This document shows, piece by piece, positions 37,642 through 47,637 of a stretch of 64,000 nucleotides of DNA. The notes beneath the pieces were generated by a model that saw only the letters and a list, made by a program, of their open reading frames with translations, was not told where the DNA came from and made no database searches. This DNA is from Lachnospiraceae bacterium (GTDB lineage Bacteria; Bacillota; Clostridia; Lachnospirales; Lachnospiraceae), in NCBI GenBank assembly GCA_017442865.1, contig JAFRXK010000010.1, positions 17,810 to 81,809 on the forward strand, in the 5' to 3' direction. The translations under genes and the position numbers were made by a program. Every line of letters begins with the position of its first letter. Position 1 is the first letter of the stretch.

Positions 37642-38610
37642 TCATAATATCTTGCAGATTTTGTACTGTTCCTCCCAGAATTCCTTCTTCATATTAAGTG
37701 CCTCTGTAAGATCCATATCCACAAACTTACCGTCCCTGTAGCAGACCACTCTGTTTGTCTTTCCGTCTGCAAGCAAATCCGCCGCCATGGAGCCCATAAC
37801 CGACGCAAACACCCTGTCCCTGCAGGTAGGCATACCGCCGCGCTGCATATAACCCAAAATAGTTGCTCTTGTCTCAATACCCGTAGCCGCCTCAATACGT
37901 CTTGACATACTTGTGGAATGACCGATACCCTCGGCGTTAATAATAATATGATGACTCTTCTTTTTCTTTTTATTTGCAAGGATATGGTCTATAATCTGCT
38001 GCTCATCACCCTGATAGTATTCCGGCAAAAGCACATCCTCAGCACCGTTTGCAATACCGCACCACAGCGCAATATATCCTGCATTTCTGCCCATAACCTC
38101 AATAATACTGCATCTTTCATGTGATGTTGAGGTATCTCTTATCTTATCAATTGCCTCCATCGCTGTATTAACGGCAGTATCAAAGCCTATAGTATAATCG
38201 GTACATGCAATATCCAGATCGATTGTTCCAGGCAGTCCCACAGTATTGATTCCCTGCTCCGATAATGCGCCCGCTCCGCGGTAAGAGCCGTCACCGCCGA
38301 TTACAACAACGCCGTCAATACCATGCTTTCTGCATATATCTGCCGCCTTCTTCTGATATTCAAGCTCCTTGAACTCCTCACAACGTGCGGTATAAAGAAT
38401 TGTTCCTCCGTGCTGTATTATCTCAGAAACGCTCTTTCTGTTCATATCAATAATCTCTTCATTAAGAAGTCCCGCAAAGCCTCTCCTGATACCCTTGACC
38501 TTTAAGTTTCTGAAAAGGCCGGTCCTTACCACACCTCTTATCGCCGCATTCATACCCGGCGAATCTCCGCCGCTTGTAAGCACACCAATTGTTTTAACTT
38601 CCTTTGCCAT
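37642..38610 (-). CDS. pfkA: ATP-dependent 6-phosphofructokinase
   Basis: The sequence shows GVLTSGGDSPGMNAAIR, GGDGSY and MGR. Confidence 0.95.
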   Translation of the reverse strand: MAKEVKTIGVLTSGGDSPGMNAAIRGVVRTGLFRNLKVKGIRRGFAGLLNEEIIDMNRKSVSEIIQHGGTILYTARCEEFKELEYQKKAADICRKHGIDGVVVIGGDGSYRGAGALSEQGINTVGLPGTIDLDIACTDYTIGFDTAVNTAMEAIDKIRDTSTSHERCSIIEVMGRNAGYIALWCGIANGAEDVLLPEYYQGDEQQIIDHILANKKKKKSHHIIINAEGIGHSTSMSRRIEAATGIETRATILGYMQRGGMPTCRDRVFASVMGSMAADLLADGKTNRVVCYRDGKFVDMDLTEALNMKKEFWEEQYKICKIL

Positions 38611-38662
38611 AGTAACACCTCCACAATCCGACAGGTTAAAATCAAACTATTTATTAGAAATT

Positions 38663-41600
38663 TTACTTCATTTTTTTAGTCTTTTCAATAGGCTTTTCAA
38701 CCACTTTGACATATTCCTCTGAATATTTTTTTCTGAGTATGCCTAAAAGTGCCTCCGATACCTCTGTTCTCTGCCTTACAGGCAGCTCTTTTTTCTGCTT
38801 TTCAGCCTTGAGATATATTATAACCTTATCCTCGCCCGGATTTTCATTAATAATATCAAACAATTCTTTTTCGCCTGCAAAATAAGCATCCTTATTGTCA
38901 AACTGAATCCACAGCTCCTTCGGAACCTCGTCAAAGCCTATTATTTCCTCGCAGATAAGCTTGCCTGCTTCATTATCTCCTGCCGAAACTCTTCCGCGCA
39001 CAAATATCTTGGCGTCGCTCATAATAATCTGCCTGTATTTCTCGTAATCCTTAGGAAATACTATTACTTCTACAGATCCGACCATATCTTCTATAGTAAT
39101 AAACGCCATCATCAGGTTATTTTTTGTGCTTTTAATGGTTCTGCCCGCAATCATGCCGCCGATTATAACGTATTCTCCGTCATGGACCTTTGAAAGCATG
39201 GTCTCCTCATCAACATAAAAATCCGTTGTCTTCGCCGTGATATTATCGCGCCACTTTTTAGCATATTTATCCATCGGATGACCGCTTACATATACGCCGA
39301 GCATCTCCTTTTCATAGCCAAGAAGCTCCTCCTTCTCATACTCCTCCACGTCAGGAAACTCCTGTCTGAATTCCTCTCGTTCGTCAGAGCTCATCATATC
39401 AAAAAGGCTCATCTGCCCCGCAATATCTATCTTTTTCTCGCGGTTCTTCCTGTCAAGCAAATCAACGCTTGCGATAACCTTCTGTCTTCTGTTGCCCGGA
39501 AGATTATCCAGCGCCCCCGCCTTTATAAAGCTTTCGAGGGTACGCTTATTTGCCTCCTTTGACGAAAGCCTGTACACAAAATCCTTAAGGCTTGTAAACG
39601 GTCCATGCTCGTTTCGCTCCTTAACAAGCTCTTCAATAACATTTCTTCCGACGCTTTTTATCGCAGACAGTCCGTATCTTATTGCTCCGTTTGAAACCGA
39701 AAATTCCGAAACGCCCTCGTTTATATCAGGCGGAAGAATCTTTATGCCCATCTGTCTGCATACCAGTATATATTCTGATACCTTTGAGGCATTATCAATA
39801 ACCGAGGTCATAAGCGCCGCCATAAACTCCACAGGATAATAGTATTTAAGATACGCCGTCTCGTAGGAAACCACCGCATACGCCGCCGCATGCGATTTGT
39901 TAAAGGCGTACTTCGCAAAATCAATCATTTCATCATAAATAATATTTGCGGTCTTTTCATCTATGCCGTTATTTACGCAGCCCCTTACATTTTCGGCTTC
40001 ATTGCCGTAAACAAAGTTCTGGCGCTCTCTTTCCATGACCGCAATCTTTTTCTTGGACATCGCACGTCTTACAAGGTCGCTTCGTCCAAGCGTATATCCG
40101 CCCAAATCACGCACTATCTGCATAACCTGCTCCTGATACACAATACAGCCGTAGGTCGGGCTTAAAATATGCTCAAGCTGCGGACAGTGATAGGTTATCG
40201 TATCAGGATTGTTCTTGCCCTTAATATACTGTGGAATGAAGTCCATAGGACCCGGACGGTACAAGGATATGCCCGCTATAATATCCTCCAGCGAATGAGG
40301 CTTTAACTCCTTCATGAAGCTCTTCATGCCCGCACTTTCAAGCTGAAACACTCCATCTGTCCTTCCCGTGCAGAGCGAGTCAAGCACCTCTTTGTCATTA
40401 AAATCTATTTTGTCTATATCAAGCTTTATGCCGCGGCCTGCCTCAATAAGCTTCACCGCATTCTGGATAACCGTCAGGGTTCTAAGCCCTAAGAAATCCA
40501 TTTTTAAAAGTCCAAGCTCCTCAAGGGTTGTCATCGTAAACTGAGTGGTAATAGAACCGTCCGAGCTTCTCGAAAGCGGCACATATTCATCAACGTCCTT
40601 CTGGCTTATTACCACGCCCGCAGCATGCATGGACGTATGTCTTGGCAGTCCTTCAAGCCTCTTTGACATATCTATAAGATATTTTATCTGCTCATTGCTC
40701 TCGTAAAGTCCTGCAAGCTCCTTATTTACCTTTAATGCCTTGTCAATCGTAATGCCCAGCTCCATAGGTATCATCTTAGAAATCTGGTTGCAAAGCGAAT
40801 ACGGAAGATCAAGCGCCCTGCCTACATCGCGGATTACACCCCTAGCTGCCATAGTACCAAATGTAACAATCTGAACGACCCTGTCCTTGCCGTACTTTCT
40901 CACAACATAATCAATAACCTCCTGCCTTCTTTCAAAACAGAAGTCAATATCAATATCCGGCATGGATACTCTCTCAGGATTTAAAAATCTTTCAAAAAGC
41001 AGGTTGTACTTTATCGGGTCAATATTTGTAATGCCAAGAGTATACGAAACTATGCTTCCTGCCGCCGAGCCTCTGCCAGGGCCAACCATAATATCATTGC
41101 TTCTCGCAAAATGTATGAAATCCCAGACTATAAGAAAGTAATCGACATACCCCATAGTCTTTATGACATCAAGCTCATATTCAAGTCTTTTCGCAAGTGT
41201 TCCGTCATCCTCAGGATATCTTTCATGCAGTCCGCTAAAGCACAGCTCATTAAGATATTCCCATGAAGTCTTGCCGTCCGGCACATCAAATTTAGGCAGC
41301 TTTGTAACGCCGAACTCTATCTCGACATTGCACCTTTCCGCAATCTTATGAGTATTCTCAATAGCTTCGGGCGCGTATGGAAACAGCGCTCTCATCTCTT
41401 CCTCAGACTTGCAGTAATACTGTCCGCCCTCGTAACGCATTCTGTTCTCGTCGCTGACCTTCTTGCCGGTCTGGATGCACAACAGGATATCATGCGCATC
41501 AGCGTCCTCGGCATAAATATAATGAATATCATTTGTTGCGACCAGCTCGATGCCGGTCTCGCGGCTCATCCTCACAAGGCTTGTATTCACAAGCTTCTGC

Positions 41601-42145
41601 TCAGGAATTCCATGGTCCTGAAGCTCAAGAAAGAAGTTGCCCTTTCCGAATATATCCTCATACATAAGCGCAGACTTTTTTGCCTCCGCATACATTGAAC
41701 GTGCAAGATATCTCTGCACCTCTCCGGCAAGGCATGCGCTTAATGCAATAATTCCTTCATGGTAGGTTCTAAGAAGCTCATAGTCCACCCTTGGTCTATA
41801 GTAAAAGCCTTCAACAAACCCCTTTGACACTATCTTCATAAGATTTGCATAGCCTGTATTATTCTCGGCAAGCAGCACCAGATGATAATATCTTTCCTCG
41901 CTGTCCCCCACATCCTTTTGAAATCTTGACCCCGGTGATACATATACCTCGCAGCCGATTATAGGCTTCACGCCGTTTGCCCTTGCTGCCCTGTAAAAAT
42001 CTATCACTCCATACATAACACCATGGTCGGTAATAGCCATACTGTCCATGCCAAGCTCCTTGGCCCTCGCTGCAAGCTCGCTTATCTTACTTGAACCGTC
42101 CAAAAGGCTGTATTCGGTATGAACATGCAAATGTGTAAATGCCAT
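38663..42145 (-). CDS. dnaE: DNA polymerase III alpha subunit (DnaE type)
   Basis: It has an N-terminal PHP domain (FTHLHVHTEYSLLDG), a polymerase core (PDIDIDF) and an OB fold. It is 1160 aa. Confidence 0.95.
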   Translation of the reverse strand: MAFTHLHVHTEYSLLDGSSKISELAARAKELGMDSMAITDHGVMYGVIDFYRAARANGVKPIIGCEVYVSPGSRFQKDVGDSEERYYHLVLLAENNTGYANLMKIVSKGFVEGFYYRPRVDYELLRTYHEGIIALSACLAGEVQRYLARSMYAEAKKSALMYEDIFGKGNFFLELQDHGIPEQKLVNTSLVRMSRETGIELVATNDIHYIYAEDADAHDILLCIQTGKKVSDENRMRYEGGQYYCKSEEEMRALFPYAPEAIENTHKIAERCNVEIEFGVTKLPKFDVPDGKTSWEYLNELCFSGLHERYPEDDGTLAKRLEYELDVIKTMGYVDYFLIVWDFIHFARSNDIMVGPGRGSAAGSIVSYTLGITNIDPIKYNLLFERFLNPERVSMPDIDIDFCFERRQEVIDYVVRKYGKDRVVQIVTFGTMAARGVIRDVGRALDLPYSLCNQISKMIPMELGITIDKALKVNKELAGLYESNEQIKYLIDMSKRLEGLPRHTSMHAAGVVISQKDVDEYVPLSRSSDGSITTQFTMTTLEELGLLKMDFLGLRTLTVIQNAVKLIEAGRGIKLDIDKIDFNDKEVLDSLCTGRTDGVFQLESAGMKSFMKELKPHSLEDIIAGISLYRPGPMDFIPQYIKGKNNPDTITYHCPQLEHILSPTYGCIVYQEQVMQIVRDLGGYTLGRSDLVRRAMSKKKIAVMERERQNFVYGNEAENVRGCVNNGIDEKTANIIYDEMIDFAKYAFNKSHAAAYAVVSYETAYLKYYYPVEFMAALMTSVIDNASKVSEYILVCRQMGIKILPPDINEGVSEFSVSNGAIRYGLSAIKSVGRNVIEELVKERNEHGPFTSLKDFVYRLSSKEANKRTLESFIKAGALDNLPGNRRQKVIASVDLLDRKNREKKIDIAGQMSLFDMMSSDEREEFRQEFPDVEEYEKEELLGYEKEMLGVYVSGHPMDKYAKKWRDNITAKTTDFYVDEETMLSKVHDGEYVIIGGMIAGRTIKSTKNNLMMAFITIEDMVGSVEVIVFPKDYEKYRQIIMSDAKIFVRGRVSAGDNEAGKLICEEIIGFDEVPKELWIQFDNKDAYFAGEKELFDIINENPGEDKVIIYLKAEKQKKELPVRQRTEVSEALLGILRKKYSEEYVKVVEKPIEKTKKMK

Positions 42146-42233
42146 GTATACTTCTCCTCTGATAATTACTTAATCTTAGCAATACACCTCCAGACATACC
42201 TGTCCGGAGGTGCAGAAAAAACAAAGATTTTAA

Positions 42234-42488
42234 TTAGGCATTACATAAGTAATTTTCAATTCCCTCAACAGCCATGCTCTCATCACTGCCATTTGCGGAA
42301 ATTGTCATCTTATCTCCGGTTCTGAATGCAAGTGTCATCATACCCATAATGCTCTTTGCGTTGATGTGCCTGTCATCAGCGTCAATATAAACAATACTTT
42401 CAAACTGACTTGCAATCTGAACCACCTTTGCCACCGGACTAATCTCAAGTCCCTCTGGAATCTGAATAGTTATTTCTTTAGCTATCAT
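42234..42488 (-). CDS. crh: HPr-family protein lacking the His15 phosphorylation site (Crh-like)
   Basis: The Ser46 region is conserved (INAKSIMGMM). The His15 region reads GLEISPV instead of GLHARPA. The start is set at ATG 42488 (GAGGAGAG Shine-Dalgarno), overlapping the whiA stop. Confidence 0.8.
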   Translation of the reverse strand: MIAKEITIQIPEGLEISPVAKVVQIASQFESIVYIDADDRHINAKSIMGMMTLAFRTGDKMTISANGSDESMAVEGIENYLCNA

Positions 42489-43449
42489 TTTCTCTCTCCT
42501 CATTCTCCCTTAAAGTTCTTGATATATCTTTTAATTTGTTTAATCTGTGATTAACCCCCGACTTGCCTAAAGGCGGATTAAGCTTCATACCAAGCTCCTT
42601 AATCGTTGCCTCCGGAAATTCAAGTCTCAGCTCTGCAAGCTCCTTTAAATTATCAGGCAGCATTGCAAAGCCATTCCTCTCAAAAATATATCGTATATAT
42701 TCTGACTGTTCAACAGCCGCCTGAGCGGTCTTTGCTATGTTGGCATTGTCACAGTTGTTCACCCTGTTTACATTGCCTCTGACTTCTTTCTCAACCCTGA
42801 TATTCTCAAGAAAGATTACAGACCTTGAAGCTTCCATAATTCGCAGCATATCAGATATAAGCTCTCCGCCCTTTATATAAAGCACACTGTGCTTCTTTCT
42901 AAGAACGACTCTGGCTTCAATGCCAAAGGTTAAAATAATATCCTTAAGCTGCTGCGCCTTACTGTCATTCTGGCAGACAATCTCAAAATGATACGGCTTG
43001 TTCGGATCTGTGACAGAACCCGACGTAATAAATATACCTCTTATAAATGCTTTTTTGCAGCATGAATTCTTTACAAGCATGGCATTTACAAAATCGGTTC
43101 TCTCTATATAATTCCCACCATCATCAATAAGCTTTAAAGCCTTAAGTATCCTTGCGGCATCCTCGGTATTTTCTACCTCGATTCTGAAGCTTTTGCTTTT
43201 ACTGCCGCCGAAATGACGCTTCACAGCTACTTTCGGACTGATACCGAACGCTTCTTTTATTAATACAAAGCTCTTTCTTGCAGCAGCAATATTGTCTGTC
43301 TGAAATATTAATTTGTACTTTCCTTCTTTGATTGTTAAAACGATTCCAATAGTACAAACAAACGCTGCTAGCTCTGCTAGCTGGCAATGTCTGGATGAAC
43401 TAAGCTGTTCTGACAATTCTTTTTTAACATTTGTGGAAAAAGACATCAT
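42478..43449 (-). CDS. whiA: DNA-binding protein WhiA
   Basis: It has a degenerate LAGLIDADG-like domain (KKAFIRGIFITSGSV) and a C-terminal HTH (KSGVNHRLNKL). Confidence 0.9.
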   Translation of the reverse strand: MMSFSTNVKKELSEQLSSSRHCQLAELAAFVCTIGIVLTIKEGKYKLIFQTDNIAAARKSFVLIKEAFGISPKVAVKRHFGGSKSKSFRIEVENTEDAARILKALKLIDDGGNYIERTDFVNAMLVKNSCCKKAFIRGIFITSGSVTDPNKPYHFEIVCQNDSKAQQLKDIILTFGIEARVVLRKKHSVLYIKGGELISDMLRIMEASRSVIFLENIRVEKEVRGNVNRVNNCDNANIAKTAQAAVEQSEYIRYIFERNGFAMLPDNLKELAELRLEFPEATIKELGMKLNPPLGKSGVNHRLNKLKDISRTLRENEERENDS

Positions 43450-43596
43450 CCCACCTCTTTCGAGCTATCTATAACCACAAGAACATATATATCATTATGA
43501 TTGGGCGATGTCAAGACATCTAATTTTTTTCGTATAGAAGTCTAATAACATGCCCCGAATATAATGTTTTATTAGATATTCTCACAATGCTTTATG

Positions 43597-44505
43597 TTAA
43601 AAATCTCCGATTTTTTTAATTTCCATCTCCAGTCCGACTCCAAACCTGTCTCGAACCACTTCTGATATCTTATTGCACAGCTCCAGAATGTCTCCCGCTG
43701 TTCCTTCCTTATCATTAATCACAAAGCCGCAGTGCTTTGTCGAAACGCTGGCGCCTCCTACCCGAAAGCCCGACAGACCGCTGTCCTCTATAAGCTTTCC
43801 GGCAAAATATCCTTCAGGTCTCTTAAAGGTGCTTCCTGCGCTCGGATACTCTAAAGGCTGCTTTTCACGCCTTCTTGCGGCAAGCTCCTCCATATAAGAG
43901 GCAATCTCCGCACGCTTACCCTTCTTAAGCTCAAAAACAGCTTCAATAACTATATATTTATTCCTCTCAATGCAGCTTGTTCTATAGCCCAGCTCCAAAG
44001 CATCCTTTGACAATCTGATAAATTCTCCGTCAATGGTCAGTACTGTCGCTTCTGTTATAATGTGGCTAATATCAGAGCCGTATGCACCTGCATTCATCAC
44101 AACCGCTCCGCCAAGCGTGCCCGGAATACCTGCGGCAAACTCCATGCCCGTAAGCTCTGCATTAAGCGCCTCTCTTGCCACCTTCGCAAGATTACAGCCT
44201 GCCTCTGCGGTTATGCGCGTGCCCTCAACCGTGACCCTGTTAAGCTTAGTGCTTGTATTGATAACAACGCCGCGAATGCCTTTGTCGCTGACCAGAAGAT
44301 TGCTGCCGTTGCCAAGAATATAAAACGACACTCTCTCCCTGCGGCATAGCAGAATAACATCTCTTAACTTCTCTCTGGTATCCACGGTCACATAATAATC
44401 CGCAGGTCCGCCCACGCGAAATGTAGTGTGCTTCTTCATGCTCTCATTTTGCAAAATACAATCTGCACCTGCAATCCCTGTAAGCTCATCAATAAATTGC
44501 ATCAT
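43597..44505 (-). CDS. murB: UDP-N-acetylenolpyruvoylglucosamine reductase
   Basis: It has the FAD-binding segment HTTFRVGGPADY and the segments GNGSNLL and GSTFKRP. The start is set at ATG 44505 (AGGAG 5 nt upstream), overlapping the hprK end. Confidence 0.9.
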   Translation of the reverse strand: MMQFIDELTGIAGADCILQNESMKKHTTFRVGGPADYYVTVDTREKLRDVILLCRRERVSFYILGNGSNLLVSDKGIRGVVINTSTKLNRVTVEGTRITAEAGCNLAKVAREALNAELTGMEFAAGIPGTLGGAVVMNAGAYGSDISHIITEATVLTIDGEFIRLSKDALELGYRTSCIERNKYIVIEAVFELKKGKRAEIASYMEELAARRREKQPLEYPSAGSTFKRPEGYFAGKLIEDSGLSGFRVGGASVSTKHCGFVINDKEGTAGDILELCNKISEVVRDRFGVGLEMEIKKIGDF

Positions 44506-45463
44506 ACATGCTCCTGTCTGCCTCTTCGTCATCATCATCTTTTTTCTTATTAAAATTCTCCTGAACTCTCTTATAAAGCTCCTGTGCGGCATTATAACCC
44601 ATTCTCTTCTGCCTGTAATTAATAGCAGCGGACTCAACTATAATCGCAAGGTTACGTCCCGGTCTGATAGGAATGTTGTGGCACACTACCTTATTACCGA
44701 GGAACTCAGTATACTGGTCTTCAAGTCCGAGTCTGTCATACTCCTTATCCTTATTCCAGTCTTCAAGCTTAATAACCATATTGATAGCCTGTGTATTCTT
44801 TACATGCTCAACACCAAAAAGTGTCTTAACGTCAATGATTCCTATACCTCTTAACTCAATCAGATGTCTTGTAACATCAGGCGCGCTTCCGACAAGCGTA
44901 TCATCACTGACCTTTCTTATTGAAACAACATCATCCGCAACAAGTCTGTGTCCACGCTTTAAAAGCTCCAGCGCAGCCTCGCTTTTACCGATACCGCTTT
45001 CACCCATAATAAGCACGCCCTCACCGTATACGTCAACGAGTACTCCGTGAATGCTTATAGACGGAGCAAGCTGCACCTTCATCCATCTGATAATCTCTGC
45101 CATAAGGTCAGATGTAATCTTATCAGAGCTGAGCACCGGAACCGAATACTTCCTTGCAATCGCCAGAACGTCCTCGCCCGGTTGAAGATTTCTTGCATAT
45201 ATAAGACAAGGTATCTGGCTCTCAAAAATTTTTTCAAATCTCTGCAGGCGCTCCTCCCTATCCATCTCCTTGGAATAATAGTATTCCACATTACCGATTA
45301 TCTGTATTCTTTCGTGTGAAAAATGCTCGAAAAAGCCTGCAAGCTGCAGTGCCGGTCTGTTAATATCAGGCTGGTACACTCTTGCTTTATCTGTATCTAT
45401 CTCAGGCGTAAGATTCTGAAGCTTCATCTTGCCTATCAATGTACTTACCTTTACGTATGTCAT
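44489..45463 (-). CDS. hprK: HPr kinase/phosphorylase
   Basis: The P-loop is GESGIGKSE and the signature LIELRGIGIIDV is present. The start is set at ATG 45463 (GGAGG 5 nt upstream). Confidence 0.92.
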   Translation of the reverse strand: MTYVKVSTLIGKMKLQNLTPEIDTDKARVYQPDINRPALQLAGFFEHFSHERIQIIGNVEYYYSKEMDREERLQRFEKIFESQIPCLIYARNLQPGEDVLAIARKYSVPVLSSDKITSDLMAEIIRWMKVQLAPSISIHGVLVDVYGEGVLIMGESGIGKSEAALELLKRGHRLVADDVVSIRKVSDDTLVGSAPDVTRHLIELRGIGIIDVKTLFGVEHVKNTQAINMVIKLEDWNKDKEYDRLGLEDQYTEFLGNKVVCHNIPIRPGRNLAIIVESAAINYRQKRMGYNAAQELYKRVQENFNKKKDDDDEEADRSMYDAIY

Positions 45464-45520
45464 ATGTACCTCCATAATTATAAGTAATTAATTTTATGTT
45501 AGCATAATAGCGTTCTAAGT

Positions 45521-47446
45521 TCAAGCATGGAAAAATCCATAAATCTGCTCTGCAACACTCCGATTTATTTCAGAAACATTCACTAATTCGTCAACTGAAG
45601 CCTCTTTTATCGCTTCAATTGACTTAAAATGTCTCATAAGCGCCTTTCTCCTTGCCGGACCGACTCCCGGAATATCGTCAAGCACTGAATGCACCTGCTC
45701 CTTGCCTCTAAGCTTTCTGTGGTATTCTATTGCAAATCTGTGCGCCTCATCCTGAACTCTTGTTATAAGCTTAAAGACCTCGCCATGCGTATCAATCGGA
45801 AGCTCCACGTCCTCAAAGTAAAGTCCTCTCGTTCTGTGGTTGTCATCCTTGACCATGCCGCATACCGGAATATCCAGTCCCAGCTCCTTAAGCACCTCCT
45901 TTGCGATATTGACCTGCCCCTTGCCGCCATCCATCATGATAAGGTCGGGAAATCTTGTAAAGCTGCTAAAGTCCGCATCCGCATTGTTTTCCCTCGCCGC
46001 CTTTAGTTCATCAAGTCCGTGGCTGAATCTTCTGGTAAGCACCTCATACATGGATGCGTAATCATTCGGTCCCTTGACCGTCTTTATCTTAAACTTCCTG
46101 TAATCGCTTCTCTTTGGCGAGCCATCCTCATAGACCACCATTGAGCCTACCGATTCATACCCACTAATATTTGATATGTCGTAAGCCTCCATCCTATGAA
46201 TAATATTTTCAAGTCCGAGTATTTCCGTAAGACTTTTTACGGCGCCCGTCGTCCTCTGCTCCTCGCGCTTTAGCTTCTGGGCGTCCTTTTCAAGCACCAT
46301 GTCCGCATTCTTCTGGGCAAGCTCCATAAGCCTTGCCTTTTCGCCCTTTTTCGGCACTCTGATGACCACCTTCTGTCCGCGTCTTGCCGACAGCCATTCT
46401 TCTATAAGTCCTCCGTCCTCAATCTCCTGCGGAATGAATATCTCCTTAGGAATATAAGGCGTGCCCGCATAAAACTGTTTTATAAATTCTGAAAGAATAA
46501 CGCTGCCGTCATCACCCTCGGCAACATTTACATGAAAATTGTCCCTTCCGATAAGCTTGCCGCCACGAATAAAGAACACCTGAACCACCGCGTCTGTCCC
46601 TTTAAGCGCATAGGAAATCACATCCCTGTCATCGCCCTCAAAATCAGTTATCTTCTGCTTTTGTGCGACATCCCTCACGCTGAACAGAAGCTCCTTATAT
46701 GCTCCCGCAGTCTCAAAATCGAGCTTTGCAGCAGCGTCCTTCATCTTCTCTTCAAGCTGTGACAATATAGTGTCGTAATGTCCGTTTAAAAAGCTCATCA
46801 CGCTTTCAATTGATTTTGCATACTCCTCCTTTGAAATATAGCCCTGGCATGGCGCATCGCACTGCTTTATATGATAGTTCAGACACGGTCTTTCTTTTCC
46901 GATATCCCTCGGAAGGCTCCTGTTGCAGGTTCTTATATGATACAGTCTGTGAATAAGGTCAAGCGTGTCCTTTACCGAGCCTGCGCTTGTATAAGGTCCG
47001 AAATACTTTGACTTGTCTCTTTTCATCTGTCTTGTGAAAAGCACTCTGGGAAAATCCTCTGCTACTGTCACCTTTATATAAGGATAGGTCTTGTCATCCT
47101 TAAGCATGGTATTGTACTTCGGCTGATGCTCCTTTATAAGGTTGCACTCCAGCACCAGTGCCTCCAGCTCGCTGTCAGTCACAATATATTCAAAACGTGA
47201 TATAAGCGTTACCATCTTCTGTATCTTTGGTGACTTGCCTCTGCTGCTTTGAAAATACTGACGCACCCTGTTTCTTAAATTGATTGCCTTTCCCACATAA
47301 ATAATCTCGTCCTTCTCATCATGCATAAGGTACACTCCCGGCTCTGTCGGAAGCTTCTTTAATTCTTCATCAAAGTCAAACAAATAAATCACCCCGCTTA
47401 TACCTGGCTTTATTAAATGCAGCATAATATCAAAAAACTTCTGCAC
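45521..47446 (-). CDS. uvrC: Excinuclease ABC subunit C
   Basis: It has a GIY-YIG domain (PGVYLMHD...IIYVGKA), a UVR domain, the Endo-V-like RNase H fold and a C-terminal (HhH)2. The start is uncertain (GTG 47446, ATG 47425 or GTG 47392). Confidence 0.92.
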   Translation of the reverse strand: MQKFFDIMLHLIKPGISGVIYLFDFDEELKKLPTEPGVYLMHDEKDEIIYVGKAINLRNRVRQYFQSSRGKSPKIQKMVTLISRFEYIVTDSELEALVLECNLIKEHQPKYNTMLKDDKTYPYIKVTVAEDFPRVLFTRQMKRDKSKYFGPYTSAGSVKDTLDLIHRLYHIRTCNRSLPRDIGKERPCLNYHIKQCDAPCQGYISKEEYAKSIESVMSFLNGHYDTILSQLEEKMKDAAAKLDFETAGAYKELLFSVRDVAQKQKITDFEGDDRDVISYALKGTDAVVQVFFIRGGKLIGRDNFHVNVAEGDDGSVILSEFIKQFYAGTPYIPKEIFIPQEIEDGGLIEEWLSARRGQKVVIRVPKKGEKARLMELAQKNADMVLEKDAQKLKREEQRTTGAVKSLTEILGLENIIHRMEAYDISNISGYESVGSMVVYEDGSPKRSDYRKFKIKTVKGPNDYASMYEVLTRRFSHGLDELKAARENNADADFSSFTRFPDLIMMDGGKGQVNIAKEVLKELGLDIPVCGMVKDDNHRTRGLYFEDVELPIDTHGEVFKLITRVQDEAHRFAIEYHRKLRGKEQVHSVLDDIPGVGPARRKALMRHFKSIEAIKEASVDELVNVSEINRSVAEQIYGFFHA

Positions 47447-47470
47447 TATGATACCTGTGGATTTCTTTGT

Positions 47471-47580
47471 ACTATTGCATCCAAAATGGTATTGCTTTGC
47501 ATTATTGCATCCAAAATGGTATTGCTTTGCATTATTGCATCCAAAATGGTATTGCTTTGCATTATTGCATCCAAAATGGT
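47471..47580. repeat. 30-bp tandem repeat, about 3.7 copies
   Basis: The unit attattgcatccaaaatggtattgctttgc occurs at 47471, 47501 and 47531, with a partial copy at 47561. Copies are almost identical. Confidence 0.9.
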
Positions 47581-47625
47581 AAAAGAGGGTGTGTCATAAT
47601 AGCATAGTGCTATTGATACACCCTC
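47581..47625 (-). terminator. ftsH intrinsic terminator
   Basis: On the minus strand, the hairpin GAGGGUGUAUCAAUAGCACUAUGCUAUUAUGACACACCCUC is followed by UUUU. Confidence 0.75.
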
Positions 47626-47637
47626 ATATATATTCTA

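Noticed and set aside
42180-42215. Hairpin cacctccagacatacctgtccggaggtg between crh and dnaE as a terminator
   Set aside because: It has a good stem, but on the transcribed (minus) strand the U-run lies upstream of the stem rather than downstream. It is more likely a processing or stability element, or just incidental.
47417-47599. Tracked 60-aa ORF with reiterated [10 protein letters not shown]
   Set aside because: The 30-bp repeat is a multiple of 3 and so gives an open frame by chance. There is no RBS, and the ORF lies between a terminator and the uvrC start.
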